From Alphaproteobacteria bacterium (lineage in GTDB: Bacteria > Pseudomonadota > Alphaproteobacteria > SP197), in contig OZ219920.1 of the NCBI GenBank assembly GCA_964291415.2, forward strand, positions 1,312,001 through 1,376,000: DNA of 64,000 nucleotides. The letters run 5' to 3'. The translations under genes were made by a program, and so were the position numbers. Each line of letters opens with the position of its first letter. Within the stretch, counting starts at the first letter, position 1. Positions 39,067-49,859 of the stretch are shown piece by piece. The notes below the pieces were generated by a model that did no database searches, was not told the DNA's origin, and saw nothing but the letters and a program-made list of their open reading frames with translations.

Positions 39067-41289
39067 TCAACTGAAGCGGTTGTTCCGGGAAAAGCCGGCG
39101 GGAGCAGGCTGGCCTGCCTGGCCGCGCTTGCCGAGCCATCTTGCAAGGTCGTGCTGTGTACGTGTGCGGGTCCCCGATTGCCAGGAAAGGCCGGCATCGA
39201 GTGCAAAGACCGTCGCATCCGAGACGCCACCCTGCCGGTAGCGCTGCAGGATGACGCCCGAACCCCTGGCCTGTTCCGGCACGTCCCGGAGCGGAAAGAC
39301 GAGCAGCCTGCCATTCTCGCCGACGACGGCCACATGGTCCCCCTCGACGATCTTCAGCACCTTCGCCTCATCGCCGGAGGCGGGATTGAGCACCTGCTTT
39401 CCTCCGCGTTTTCGGGACTCCACGAGATCTTCGCCTACCACGAACCCCTTGCCGCGGGAGGACGCCACCAGGAACTTGCGACCGCCCTGGAAGACGACCA
39501 TGGCGGCGACATCGACATCGTTGCCCATATCGAGCATGAGTCGCAGCGGGTCGCCGAAACCTCTCGCTGCAGGCAGCCTTTCGCAGGCCAGGGTGAAGAA
39601 CTTTCCGTCGGTTGCGAGTACAAGCAACCTGTCGGTCGTCCACGCCTCGAGGCGCAACCTCTCGCGATCGCCTTCCTTGAAACGCAGTTCGCCCACCTGG
39701 TCGCCATGTCCCTTGGCCGCGCGGATCCAGCCCTTGTCGGAGAGCACCACCGTGACGGCCTCCCGGTGCACCGTGGCGTCGACCGGGATGTCGTCGACCA
39801 GCGGCGGACGGCCGAAGACGGTGCGCCGCCTGCCAAGCCCGTCATCTCCCCCGAACTGCCGGGCGATATCCGAGAACTCGGCCTTCAGCGCCTCTTTCTG
39901 CCTTTCGTCCGATTCCAGAAGACGCCGGAGATCGCCCGATTCCGCCTTCAGCTCCTTCCTCTCACGCGCGATTCTCATCTCCTCCAGACGGCGCAGCGAG
40001 CGCAGACGCATGTTGAGAATGGCCTCTGTCTGGACCTCGGTGAGACCGAAGCGCAGGGCCAGCGCCGCGGCCGGGTCGTCCTCGTCGCGGATGATGCGAA
40101 TCACCTCGTCGAGATTGAGATAGACAATGCGATGTCCCTCGAGGACTTCCAAACGGCGGCGGATGGCAGCAAGGCGGTTGCGCGACCGGCGCACCAGAAC
40201 GTCGCGCCGATGGCCGATGAAGGCGGTCAGTACGCGACTGAGATCCATGACTCCGGGAATGCCGGAGGCGTCGAGCACGTTCATGTTGAGGGCGAACCGC
40301 GACTCCAGGTCCGTGACACGGAACAGCGACTCCATGAGGATTGCGGGATCCACAGACCGGTTTCTCGGTTGCAGGACGAGACGAATGTCTTCGGTCGACT
40401 CGTCGCTCACACCCTCCAGCAACGGCAGTTTGCGGGCCTCGATGAGTTCGGCGATGCGTTCGATCAGGCGTGACTTCTGGACCTGGAAGGGCAGCTCGGT
40501 CACGACGATTCGCCAGGTGCCCCGAGCCTGTTTCTCGATGGTCCAGCGTGCCCTGACGCGGAACGATCCCCGTCCCGTTTCATAGGCCTCGCGGATGGTG
40601 TCGGAATCGTCCACGAGCTCGCCGCCGGTGGGAAAGTCCGGTCCCTTCACGATGGTCACGAGTTCGGCAACGGAGGCCTCGGGCGTCCCCACGAGGTGGA
40701 TCAGCGCCGCGCACAGCTCTGCGACATTGTGGGGCGGGATACTCGTCGCCATGCCCACGGCAATGCCGCTTGCTCCGTTGGCCAGAAGATTGGGGAAGCG
40801 CGATGGCAGCACCACCGGTTCCGATTCCGAGCCGTCGTAGGTGTCGCGGAAATCGACGACATCGTCGTCGAGTCCGTCAAGCAGGGCCACCGCTACCGCG
40901 GTCAGGCGCGCCTCGGTGTAGCGCATGGCCGCGGCATTGTCGCCGTCGACATTGCCGAAGTTGCCCTGGCCGTCAACCAGCGGGTAGCGCGCCGCAAACT
41001 CCTGGGCGAGACGCACGAGGGCGTCGTAGATGGCCTGGTCGCCGTGGGGATGGTACTTGCCGATGACATCACCCACCACGCGCGCCGACTTCTTGAATCC
41101 CTCATTCGGATCGAGGCGGAGTTGCCGCATGGCATAGAGTATCCGCCGATGGACCGGCTTGAGGCCGTCCCTGACGTCAGGCAGAGAGCGCGACGTGATG
41201 GTCGACATCGCGTAGGCGAGATAGCGTTGCGTGAGCGCATCGGCGAGACCGACAGTCTCGACGGCGCCATCATGGTCCCGATCGATCAT
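39067..41289 (-). CDS. parC: DNA topoisomerase IV subunit A
   Basis: 'DGLKPVHRR', '[10 protein letters not shown]', '[10 protein letters not shown]'; no GyrA box. Confidence 0.95.
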   Translation of the reverse strand: MIDRDHDGAVETVGLADALTQRYLAYAMSTITSRSLPDVRDGLKPVHRRILYAMRQLRLDPNEGFKKSARVVGDVIGKYHPHGDQAIYDALVRLAQEFAARYPLVDGQGNFGNVDGDNAAAMRYTEARLTAVAVALLDGLDDDVVDFRDTYDGSESEPVVLPSRFPNLLANGASGIAVGMATSIPPHNVAELCAALIHLVGTPEASVAELVTIVKGPDFPTGGELVDDSDTIREAYETGRGSFRVRARWTIEKQARGTWRIVVTELPFQVQKSRLIERIAELIEARKLPLLEGVSDESTEDIRLVLQPRNRSVDPAILMESLFRVTDLESRFALNMNVLDASGIPGVMDLSRVLTAFIGHRRDVLVRRSRNRLAAIRRRLEVLEGHRIVYLNLDEVIRIIRDEDDPAAALALRFGLTEVQTEAILNMRLRSLRRLEEMRIARERKELKAESGDLRRLLESDERQKEALKAEFSDIARQFGGDDGLGRRRTVFGRPPLVDDIPVDATVHREAVTVVLSDKGWIRAAKGHGDQVGELRFKEGDRERLRLEAWTTDRLLVLATDGKFFTLACERLPAARGFGDPLRLMLDMGNDVDVAAMVVFQGGRKFLVASSRGKGFVVGEDLVESRKRGGKQVLNPASGDEAKVLKIVEGDHVAVVGENGRLLVFPLRDVPEQARGSGVILQRYRQGGVSDATVFALDAGLSWQSGTRTRTQHDLARWLGKRGQAGQPAPAGFSRNNRFS

Positions 41290-42038
41290 GACTCCAGGGT
41301 GCCACTATATGTGGTGGGCTGTCCAGAAAGAACATCTACAAAGCGTTGTCGGGCCGGGGGCAGTCCGGTTGTTTCCCCGGCCAGGACATGGCGCTCGAGA
41401 AAGTACCCGGACAATCTGAGGCCGGCGAGAACGTCGTCCGCCCGGGCCTCCGGCGCCCCAACCAGAAATCCGGGAAGATCGAGAAGTTTCTCCTTCCACG
41501 GCTCGCCCGCTGCAGCCGAGACGGCGCGACCGCTGCGCGGCGACACCCAGACGAGATCTTCCGTGGATCCGGTGAGCGCACAGCGCTTGAGATCAAGTCC
41601 GTACCCGAGAACGTCCAGCAGGCCGAGTTCCCATCTGACATAGGCGGCGTCCCAGTGGCTGACACCCAGCCGCAACTGCCGCACCAGCACCTCCGTGGCG
41701 GTGAACAGCGCTTCACAGGGAAGGCGATCGGCCAATGTCCTTTCGGCAAGCGCACAGGCGCTGGCAAGGCAGGCAAGGCGCGGTGGATCTCCCAGCAGGG
41801 CCGACGCCACGGCGTCCTCGGGCTCGATGACGAAGGTTCCGAGGTGATCAGGCAACCGGGCGCGCCACCGCGCAGCGACGATGTTGCCGGTCTGCAGCAC
41901 GCCGGCATGACGGCGGCTGCGCCCTCCCCGCACGAGACCGGTGTGGCGTCCGTGGCCGGTCGTCAACAGGCTGGCAATCACGGAGGTTTCGCCATGCGGT
42001 CGCACGCCGAGCACGATGGCGCGATCGTGCCATTCCAT
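41286..42038 (-). CDS. recO: DNA repair protein RecO
   Basis: 'MEWHD...HGE', 'W.ARL..HLG', '[10 protein letters not shown]'. Confidence 0.93.
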   Translation of the reverse strand: MEWHDRAIVLGVRPHGETSVIASLLTTGHGRHTGLVRGGRSRRHAGVLQTGNIVAARWRARLPDHLGTFVIEPEDAVASALLGDPPRLACLASACALAERTLADRLPCEALFTATEVLVRQLRLGVSHWDAAYVRWELGLLDVLGYGLDLKRCALTGSTEDLVWVSPRSGRAVSAAAGEPWKEKLLDLPGFLVGAPEARADDVLAGLRLSGYFLERHVLAGETTGLPPARQRFVDVLSGQPTTYSGTLES

Positions 42039-42043
42039 CGCCG

Positions 42044-42940
42044 TCAGCCCGGAAACTCGAGACCGATCTCGCGGTATCGCGCCGGATCGTCGAGCCAGCC
42101 GGTCCGCACCTTCACGTGGAGAAAGAGATGCACCCTGCACTCGAGCAACGTCTCGAGTTCCCGGCGTGCCGCCTTGCCGACCTCGCGGATGGTGCGGCCG
42201 TTCCTGCCCAGGACGATGGCCTTGTGGCCGCGCCGTGCCACGTAGATCACCTGATCGATCCTGACCGCCCCCTCCTCCTGAAGATCGGTCCACAGCTCTG
42301 TCTCCACGGAGAGTTCATAGGGAAGTTCCTGATGCACCCTGACAAAGAGCTTCTCGCGGGTGATCTCGGCCGCAAGACGGGCCAACGGCTGGTCGCTCAG
42401 ATGATCGGCGGGAAACAGCCATGGCTGGGAAGGCAGCTTTTCGGCGAGCGCCGTCACGACATCATCGACGCCATCACCGTGCAGCGCCGAAATGTAGAAG
42501 ATCTCCTCGACCACCTCATGCTCGCCGATTCGCCCGGCAAGGGGCAGCAGGGCGTCGCGGGACACCAGGTCGATCTTGTTGATGGCGCACAACACATGTC
42601 GGTGCCGGTTCAGGCGAGAGAGGATGGACGTCGCGGAGTTATCAAGGCCGCGTCGCGCATCGATGACCAGCAGTGTGGCATCGGCGTCAACGGCCCCGTT
42701 CCACGCCGTCTTGACCAGAGCTCGTTCCAGGCGCTTCCTGGGCTGGAAAATACCTGGTGTGTCGACAAGCACAATCTGCGTGATGCCGACATTGCAGATG
42801 CCGCTGACGCGCCCTCGGGTGGTCTGCACCTTGTGGGTGACGATCGAGACCTTGGCACCGACCAGCGTGTTGACGAGAGTCGACTTTCCGGCGTTCGGTG
42901 CTCCGAGGATGGCCACATGGCCGCACCGTTGCGCTGTCAC
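42044..42940 (-). CDS. era: GTPase Era
   Basis: 'GAPNAGKST', 'QTTR', 'DTPG', 'NKID', KH domain. Confidence 0.95.
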   Translation of the reverse strand: MTAQRCGHVAILGAPNAGKSTLVNTLVGAKVSIVTHKVQTTRGRVSGICNVGITQIVLVDTPGIFQPRKRLERALVKTAWNGAVDADATLLVIDARRGLDNSATSILSRLNRHRHVLCAINKIDLVSRDALLPLAGRIGEHEVVEEIFYISALHGDGVDDVVTALAEKLPSQPWLFPADHLSDQPLARLAAEITREKLFVRVHQELPYELSVETELWTDLQEEGAVRIDQVIYVARRGHKAIVLGRNGRTIREVGKAARRELETLLECRVHLFLHVKVRTGWLDDPARYREIGLEFPG

Positions 42941-43614
42941 CGCGGCACATCCATCAGAAAGGTGCGGGCAGCCAGCTGTTCCGCCGCCCGCCTGGTTCGT
43001 CCGCTCGCCCGGACGCCGGCAAAACCCTGGACGTGAACTTCCACGGTAATGAGTGGAGCATGGGCCGGGCCGGTCATGTCGAGCACGCGGTATCCGGGCA
43101 GGGCCAGGCCCTGCTTGAGCGCCCATTCCTGGAGGCGGGTCTTGTCGTCACGTGCACTGCCACTCTCCAGACGCATGCGCGTCATCCAGCAGCGATGAAC
43201 AAAGGACTCCGCGGCAGGGTACCCGGCATCGAGATAGAGGGCGCCGATCAACGCCTCGATGACGTCTGCGAGAATCGAGGCGTTGCGTCGCATCCCGCCT
43301 TTTTGTTCGTGAGCACCTACCACAACGAAACGGTCAATCCCCAACTCCAGGGCGATGTCGCCGAGGGTCTGGTTGGCGACCAGTTTCGCGTAGCGCCTGG
43401 AAAGCTCTCCCTCGGTCGCCTTCATGTGGTCGCGGAACACCATGGCGGCGATGATGGCGCCCAGAACGTGGTCACCGAGAAACTCGAGGCGCTGATAGCC
43501 GCGACTGTCGACCGCGCACGCGGCACTGCGGTGGGTCACGGCCTGTCTGAGGAGATTCCTGTCGGTGAAGGCATGCCCGAGAATGGCCTCGAGTTCACCG
43601 GTTTCCGCCCTCAT
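42937..43614 (-). CDS. rnc: Ribonuclease III
   Basis: 'QRLEFLGD', 'DVIEALIGA', dsRBD 'KTRLQEW'. Confidence 0.95.
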   Translation of the reverse strand: MRAETGELEAILGHAFTDRNLLRQAVTHRSAACAVDSRGYQRLEFLGDHVLGAIIAAMVFRDHMKATEGELSRRYAKLVANQTLGDIALELGIDRFVVVGAHEQKGGMRRNASILADVIEALIGALYLDAGYPAAESFVHRCWMTRMRLESGSARDDKTRLQEWALKQGLALPGYRVLDMTGPAHAPLITVEVHVQGFAGVRASGRTRRAAEQLAARTFLMDVPR

Positions 43615-44540
43615 GAAATCGACCGGAACAGACGGTCCCAGCGAATCGATCCCGGCCACGACAGGGGATTGATGAGCGAGCCACAGCCATTCGTGGAAAA
43701 GAAGAGGAATTCGGCGCGGCCGATGAGGTTCTCCTTTGGCACGAATCCGACGACATGCGTGACTCTGCTGTCGTTCGAACTGTCGCGATTGTCTCCCATC
43801 ATGAAGTAGTGATCCTGCGGCACCACGTATTCGGGCGTATTGTCGAGCCGTCCGCTGTTCGTGATGTTGAGAACGCTGTGGCGCGTCCCGTTCGGCAGAG
43901 TTTCGGTCTGGCGCTCGATGGGCCTCGACGCAGAACACGAGCGGTCCTCGAAAACGGAGTCCTCTTCGAGGGTGACCGCCATGCCATTGACGTGGAGGAC
44001 GCCGTCGATCATGCGAATGCGATCGCCTGGAAGTCCGACGAGCCGCTTGATGAAGTCCACTGAGGTGTCGGTCGGCTGGCGGAACACGATGACGTCGCCA
44101 CGCTGCGGTTCGCCGTCGAACAGGCGCTCGTCAAGGAGTCCGAGGTCCGTGCCGAACCCCAGGGAGTAGTCGCTGTACCCGTAGGAGAACTTCGAGACAA
44201 ACAGATAGTCCCCGACCAGCAAGGTGGGTTTCATGGAGCCGGAGGGAATGTTGAAGGGTTCGTAGGCGAGCGTGCGCACGGCCAGCGCAATGATGACCGC
44301 ATAGACCATGGTCTTGACGGTGCCAACCATCCCCTCGTCCCCCCTCAGGCCAGCGGGGAGCAGGCGTTCCACGGGACTGAACACCACCTTCAGCAACCAC
44401 TCCACCGGTCTCAGCATGAGGCCGATCAGACTGAACGGCAGCAACAGCACGGCCAGAACGATCCGCAGGACAGACGAGGGCCCCTCTCCGGGGTGAACCC
44501 CCGTCAGCCGGGTCATGACGGCGCGCAACGCAGCCTTCAC
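43611..44540 (-). CDS. lepB: Signal peptidase I (start uncertain)
   Basis: 'IPSGSMKPTL', 'FIKR', 'GDNRDSSNDSR'. Confidence 0.92.
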   Translation of the reverse strand: MKAALRAVMTRLTGVHPGEGPSSVLRIVLAVLLLPFSLIGLMLRPVEWLLKVVFSPVERLLPAGLRGDEGMVGTVKTMVYAVIIALAVRTLAYEPFNIPSGSMKPTLLVGDYLFVSKFSYGYSDYSLGFGTDLGLLDERLFDGEPQRGDVIVFRQPTDTSVDFIKRLVGLPGDRIRMIDGVLHVNGMAVTLEEDSVFEDRSCSASRPIERQTETLPNGTRHSVLNITNSGRLDNTPEYVVPQDHYFMMGDNRDSSNDSRVTHVVGFVPKENLIGRAEFLFFSTNGCGSLINPLSWPGSIRWDRLFRSIS

Positions 44541-44633
44541 CGGTTACATTCCCGGGCGCTGATGGTGGTCGTTCGCGGCGCGTTTGCGCCGGATGGAACT
44601 GACTGTCGCAATGATCCTTGACCCTTGGTTCGT

Positions 44634-46754
44634 TCAGGGAGCCCTGGAAATGTCCATGACAATCGCAATCGACCGCAGGGCGGCGATTATGGATGTCAGG
44701 TGATGGACGTCATGGACCTCAAGGTCAATGAGCATGCCGAAGAAATCGGCGGTACGCGCATTGATCTTCAGGTTGGTGATGTTGGCGTCCTGATTGCCGA
44801 TTGCGGTGGTGATCTCGCCCAGGGCGCCGGGCTGGTTGATGACGTCAACGGCAATGCGCCCGACATAGTGTTCAGGAGCGGCGCCATCGGGCGACCACGA
44901 GACATCGAGCCACTCCTCGACCGAATCCTCGTGCTTTTGCAGGGTGTCGCAGTCGATTGTATGGATGGCGACACCCTTGCCGGATTCGACAATGCCGACG
45001 ATGCGATCGCCGGGAAGAGGATGACAGCACTCGGCATGGTGCACGGTTATTCCGGGGGTGAGACCGTCGATCGAGACAGCATGCTTGCCCGACGACTGGA
45101 AGCGTCGGCGCTTGCGCGATGGCGACCGTTTCGATGTCAGGAGACGGCGAATCCGTTCGCTGGTGATCTCGCCACGTCCCACGGCCTCGAGGAGATCATC
45201 CACGGTGCGCTTGCCGATGGCCTCCGCAAACTTCTCGAGAAGGTCGTCGTCGGCCACGCGACGCAGCGAGGCGCATGTCTGCTGGACGATGGCCCGCCCC
45301 AGCCTGATGTACTCGCCGCGTTCCTTGATGCGGATGTGGCGGCGGATCCTTGAGTGGGCACGGCCGGTGACGACGAATCGCGCCCACAACGGGTTGGGCG
45401 AGGCGTAGCGCGACCGCATGATCTCCACCTGGTCGCCATTCTGCAGAATCGTGTCAAGGCGCTTGGACACGCCATTGATCTTGGCGCCGACACAGGTGTC
45501 CCCGATCCTGGTGTGAATGGCGTAGGCAAAGTCGACGGGAGTCGCGTTGCGCGGCAATTCGTGGATTTCGCCCATGGGGGTGAAACAGTACACCCTGTCC
45601 TGGAAGAGCTGCAGTTTGGTGTTCTTGATGAATTCCTCGGGATCCGACGTGCTGTCGATGGAATCCAGCAACTGGCGTACCCACTGGTACTGGCTGCCCT
45701 CGCTTGCCGAGGCACGGTCCTCGCCGGCCGTGTAGCTCCAGTGGGCGGCGACTCCATACTCGGCGACCTCGTCCATCTCCTGGGTCCGTATCTGGATCTC
45801 GAGACGCTTGCCCTCGGGCCCGTGCACCGTCGTATGGATGGAACGGTAGCCATTGGGTTTCGGCGTCGAGATGTAGTCCTTGAAGCGATCGGGAATCATC
45901 GGCCAGACACCGTGAATGACGCCGAGCGCCGCATAGCAGTCTGGAACCCGTGAGACCACCACCCGGAAGGCGACGATATCCGAAAGCTGATCGAAGGAGA
46001 CATTCTTGCGCTGCATCTTGCGCCAGATGGCATGCGGTTTCTTCTCGCGACCGTCGACCCTGGCCGTGAGGCCGCCCTTCTTGAGGACGCCCTTGAGATG
46101 GCATTCGATCTTCGCAAGGTTGGAGTCCGGCCGCAGGAAGCGCAGGCGTTCCAGGATGGAGTTGCGGGCGTCCTCGTTGATATGGCTGAAGGCGAGATCC
46201 TCAAGTTCTTCCTTGAGCCATTGCATGCCGATCCGTTCGGCCATGGGAACGTAGATCTCCATGGTCTCGCGGGCGATACGCAAGCGCTTGTCCTCGCGCC
46301 GCACGTGGTGCAGCGTACGCATGTTGTGGAGCCGGTCCGCGAGCTTGATCAGGAGGACACGAAGGTCCTCCGACATGGCCAGAAACAGCTTGGCGTAGTT
46401 GCCCATGGTGCGCTGGCCTTCCTCGGCCTGGCTCTCGAGGAGCGAAAGCTTGGTGACACCGTCAACCAACTGGGCAATCTGGGGTCCGAACTTGCCGGAT
46501 ATCTCGTCGAGCGTGGTGTCGGTGTCCTCGACGGTATCGTGCAACAGGCCTGTGATGATGGACTCGCTGTCCAGCTTCATGTCGGCGAGGATGCCGGCGA
46601 CCTCAACGGGGTGGGAAAAGTAGGGATCGCCTGAGTCACGTGTCTGGGAACCGTGCTTGACCATGGCGAATACGTAAGCACTGTTGAGAGCCGCCTCGTC
46701 GACGCCTGCGTCGTAGCTCCTGACCCGTTCAACCAGTTCAAACTGCCGGAGCAT
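44634..46754 (-). CDS. spoT: Bifunctional (p)ppGpp synthetase/hydrolase (Rel/SpoT)
   Basis: HD 'LLHDTVED', 'RFKD', 'EIQIRT', TGS and ACT domains. Confidence 0.95.
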   Translation of the reverse strand: MLRQFELVERVRSYDAGVDEAALNSAYVFAMVKHGSQTRDSGDPYFSHPVEVAGILADMKLDSESIITGLLHDTVEDTDTTLDEISGKFGPQIAQLVDGVTKLSLLESQAEEGQRTMGNYAKLFLAMSEDLRVLLIKLADRLHNMRTLHHVRREDKRLRIARETMEIYVPMAERIGMQWLKEELEDLAFSHINEDARNSILERLRFLRPDSNLAKIECHLKGVLKKGGLTARVDGREKKPHAIWRKMQRKNVSFDQLSDIVAFRVVVSRVPDCYAALGVIHGVWPMIPDRFKDYISTPKPNGYRSIHTTVHGPEGKRLEIQIRTQEMDEVAEYGVAAHWSYTAGEDRASASEGSQYQWVRQLLDSIDSTSDPEEFIKNTKLQLFQDRVYCFTPMGEIHELPRNATPVDFAYAIHTRIGDTCVGAKINGVSKRLDTILQNGDQVEIMRSRYASPNPLWARFVVTGRAHSRIRRHIRIKERGEYIRLGRAIVQQTCASLRRVADDDLLEKFAEAIGKRTVDDLLEAVGRGEITSERIRRLLTSKRSPSRKRRRFQSSGKHAVSIDGLTPGITVHHAECCHPLPGDRIVGIVESGKGVAIHTIDCDTLQKHEDSVEEWLDVSWSPDGAAPEHYVGRIAVDVINQPGALGEITTAIGNQDANITNLKINARTADFFGMLIDLEVHDVHHLTSIIAALRSIAIVMDISRAP

Positions 46755-46773
46755 CGTCCGGACTCACATTCTG

Positions 46774-47139
46774 CTAACGGGTGGATCCGTCTTCGATGCC
46801 GGTGCCCCAGGCTTCGTTGTGCTGATCGCTGTCGAGGTCGAGATTGGCAAACGCCCGATCCAGTGGATTGTCCGCCGCCAGGCCGAGTTCCTCGACATTG
46901 TCAGCGTTCTCGTCCTCTTCGGTTTCGCTGCCATAGACGAGCTTGCGGCGCACCGCATCCAGCGAAATCGTGTCGTCGGCGATCTCGCGCAGGGCGATGA
47001 CAGGATGCTTGTCGTTGTCCCTGTCGACAGTCAGTTCCGCGCCCTTGCCCAAATCGCGGGCCCGCTGGGCAGCCAGGAGAACCAGTTCGAAACGGTTGCT
47101 CACGCGTTCGACACAGTCTTCAACAGTCAATCGGGCCAT
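46774..47139 (-). CDS. rpoZ: RNA polymerase omega subunit
   Basis: 'MARLTVEDC', '[14 protein letters not shown]', 'ALREI'. Confidence 0.96.
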   Translation of the reverse strand: MARLTVEDCVERVSNRFELVLLAAQRARDLGKGAELTVDRDNDKHPVIALREIADDTISLDAVRRKLVYGSETEEDENADNVEELGLAADNPLDRAFANLDLDSDQHNEAWGTGIEDGSTR

Positions 47140-47195
47140 TCATCACCTCGATCTTGGGAGCCGGAGCAGGGTCTGAAAATGCCAGCATCGCGTCC

Positions 47196-47756
47196 TCATG
47201 ACAAGCCCCGACGGGAGTCGGGGGCAAGACGCTCGATATCGCCCTCGTGCCTGGGGAGCGCCCGGATGAGACAATCGATGGACTGTCCGGTCACCGGATG
47301 TCTCCACGCCGGCGCCACATCGTTGAGTGGCAGCAGTACGAAGAGCCTCTCGACCGCACCGGGATGGGGCAGCACGAGAGGCGGGCCGGTTCTCTCAAGA
47401 CCCCGGTAGTCGATGAGGTCGAGATCCACCGTGCGCGATTCCCAGCGCCGGCGACGCTGGCGGCCGAGACCCTCCTCGATGCCGTGCAGGAGTTCGAGCA
47501 GGGACTCCGGATCGAGCTCCGTGGCGACCTCGGCGACCCCGTTGACGTACCGGGGTTGATCACGGCCACCCAAGGGTCGCGTTTCGTACCAGGGCGATAC
47601 GTCAAGGACGTCCACACCGGCACCGCGGATTCGCGCCAGCGCCTCCTCGAGCGTACGCCGAGGTGGTCCAACCGCCGAAGCAAGGTTGGCCCCCAGTGCC
47701 ACGTATATGCCGCCCTGGAGGCGGGAGGAGATTGCCGACATTTGCGGATGCTTCAT
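47196..47756 (-). CDS. folK: 2-amino-4-hydroxy-6-hydroxymethyldihydropteridine diphosphokinase
   Basis: 'ALGANL', 'YVNGV', 'RTVDLDLI', 'LPHP..R.FVL.PL'; start 47756 or 47741. Confidence 0.92.
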   Translation of the reverse strand: MKHPQMSAISSRLQGGIYVALGANLASAVGPPRRTLEEALARIRGAGVDVLDVSPWYETRPLGGRDQPRYVNGVAEVATELDPESLLELLHGIEEGLGRQRRRRWESRTVDLDLIDYRGLERTGPPLVLPHPGAVERLFVLLPLNDVAPAWRHPVTGQSIDCLIRALPRHEGDIERLAPDSRRGLS

Positions 47757-47838
47757 ATAGAGTGCCTCGGGGCACCTGCAACCCTTTGCCATGCGACGAA
47801 GGGTTGCAGGTGCCGCCTCACAGTGACGAGACGCCTTG

Positions 47839-48480
47839 ATGACCGCCGGCGAGCCCCTTCCCGACTGCCCCCTGTGCCCGCGCCTCATGACCTTTCGCCA
47901 CACCTGGCGGGAGAGGGAACCGGGCTGGTTCAATGCCCCTGTTCCCGCATTCGGACCCCGGGATGCCCGTCTTCTGGTGGTGGGACTCGCTCCGGGCCTG
48001 AGGGGCGCCAACGCAACCGGACGTCCCTTCACGGGTGACGGTGCAGGAGATTTCCTTTACCCGGCACTGATCGAGGCAGGCTACGCCAGGGGCAGCTATG
48101 GCGCCCGCCCGGATGACGGCCTGGAGCTGGTGGACTGCCGGATCACCAATGCGGTGAAATGCGTCCCTCCCGGGAACAGACCGCTGGCTGCCGAAATCCG
48201 GTCCTGCAGCACCTTCCTGTCCCGCGAACTGAAGTCTCTGCCGCACCTTGATACCGTACTCGCCCTCGGTGGTCTCGCTCACCAGGCCATCCTCGATGCC
48301 GTCGGTGCCAGGCGCTCCGCCTTCCCGTTCGCTCACGGCGCTGTCCATGACCCGGCCGATGGCCTCCTCCTCGTCGACAGCTACCACTGCTCGCGGCTGA
48401 ACACCAACACCGGCCGCCTGACATGGAAGATGTTCACACGCATCTTCACCACGATCGCCGAGAGGCACGCGGCAGGCTGA
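47839..48480 (+). CDS. Uracil-DNA glycosylase (family 5, Fe-S type)
   Basis: 'C..CPRL', 'GLAPG...NATGRPFTGD', 'KCVPP', 'YHCS'. Confidence 0.9.
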   Translation: MTAGEPLPDCPLCPRLMTFRHTWREREPGWFNAPVPAFGPRDARLLVVGLAPGLRGANATGRPFTGDGAGDFLYPALIEAGYARGSYGARPDDGLELVDCRITNAVKCVPPGNRPLAAEIRSCSTFLSRELKSLPHLDTVLALGGLAHQAILDAVGARRSAFPFAHGAVHDPADGLLLVDSYHCSRLNTNTGRLTWKMFTRIFTTIAERHAAG

Positions 48481-49330
48481 CGACGATGGCCGCAAGGATC
48501 GCGATCGCGCCCGCCGCGGCTTGCCAGTGCAGCGTCTCGCCGAACAGCAACCAGCCGGTGAGAAGTACGGTGACCAGTTCGGCCGATCCGGCCACGGCGG
48601 AACGACCGCTTCCTGCCATCGCGGTGCCGGCCACCACCAGGCAGGTTGCCAGGATCCCGGTGCCCAGACCCACCCAGCCAAGGGATATCCAGCCATTCGT
48701 CGAAGCCGGCCAGGAGAGCGAGGCATCCGACACGAGGTGCCAGACCAGGGTCACGACGCAGGCAGCCATGCTGACGACAAGGGTGCGCCACAGGACATGG
48801 CCATCCGCCGCGCCCAGGCAGGCGAGATAGAGCCCGTAGCCCAACGGCGCGCCGAACGTGATCAGCACGGCGCCAAGCGGTGTCGCTTCAAGATTGCCGG
48901 GGGTGACGATGAGTCCCGCCGCGCCCAGAACCAGGGCGATGGCCAGGATCGTGCGCCACTCCAGGCCGGCCCGGAACAGGAGGCTTGCCAGAACGAGCGT
49001 AAAAGCAGGGTAGGTGTAGAAGACGAGAATGGTGGTCGCGGCCGGCAGCCGCGCGTAACCCTCGAAGAGAAAGATCGTGGCGGCCCCGATACCGAGACCA
49101 GCGAAGAAGGGTGCGCTCAAGGCGCCCCCGGGGCATCGCTGCCAGGCCACGATGGCTCCGAGAACCACGACGGAAACGCCAAACCTCACCAGGAGTGATG
49201 ACGTCGAGCCAACTCCCTCATCCCTCAGGATCTCCAGGGGCAGCGGAAGCAGTCCGTAACAGACCGCCCCGGCAGCGACCAGGAGCACACCCGCCACCAT
49301 GGCCGGCCGGTTTGCCTCGTTGACGCTCAC
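48446..49330 (-). CDS. DMT/EamA family transporter
   Basis: About 10 TM helices; 'FYTYP', 'LLFGE'. Confidence 0.85.
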   Translation of the reverse strand: MSVNEANRPAMVAGVLLVAAGAVCYGLLPLPLEILRDEGVGSTSSLLVRFGVSVVVLGAIVAWQRCPGGALSAPFFAGLGIGAATIFLFEGYARLPAATTILVFYTYPAFTLVLASLLFRAGLEWRTILAIALVLGAAGLIVTPGNLEATPLGAVLITFGAPLGYGLYLACLGAADGHVLWRTLVVSMAACVVTLVWHLVSDASLSWPASTNGWISLGWVGLGTGILATCLVVAGTAMAGSGRSAVAGSAELVTVLLTGWLLFGETLHWQAAAGAIAILAAIVVSLPRASRRSW

Positions 49331-49387
49331 GCATGAACTCCTTTATGCAGGCGACCCGACGATGGCACTTGAGGAAAGGCAACGATC

Positions 49388-49855
49388 ATGGCTGGGAAGA
49401 TCGAAGCACGTCTCGCCGAACTCGGCATCAGGCTTCCCGAAGCCGCCGCTCCCGCGGCGAATTATGTGCCCTGGGCCGTGACTGGCAACCTGGTCTTCGT
49501 GGCCGGGCAGATCACCCTTGCCGATGGCGTGCTGAAACACCAGGGCAAGCTCGGCGCGGACATCACCCTGGAGGAGGGCTACGCAGCCGCCCGCCTGTGC
49601 GGCCTCAATGTCATCGCCCAGCTCAAGGCTGCCTGTGGCGGTGATCTCGACCGGGTCGTCAGAATTGTGAGACTTGGCGGATTCGTGAACGCCTCGGGGG
49701 ACTTTCATGACCATCCGAAGGTCATCAACGGCGCCAGCGATCTCATGGTCGAGGTGTTCGGCGACAAGGGTCACCACGCGAGGGCTGCGGTGGGGTGCGC
49801 GTCACTGCCGCTCAATGTCGCGACCGAGGTTGAAGCCGTGGCCGAAATCGCCTGA
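49388..49855 (+). CDS. RidA/YjgF family protein
   Basis: 'PAANYVP', 'NGASDL', 'HARAAVG..LP'. Confidence 0.9.
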   Translation: MAGKIEARLAELGIRLPEAAAPAANYVPWAVTGNLVFVAGQITLADGVLKHQGKLGADITLEEGYAAARLCGLNVIAQLKAACGGDLDRVVRIVRLGGFVNASGDFHDHPKVINGASDLMVEVFGDKGHHARAAVGCASLPLNVATEVEAVAEIA

Positions 49856-49859
49856 TCCG

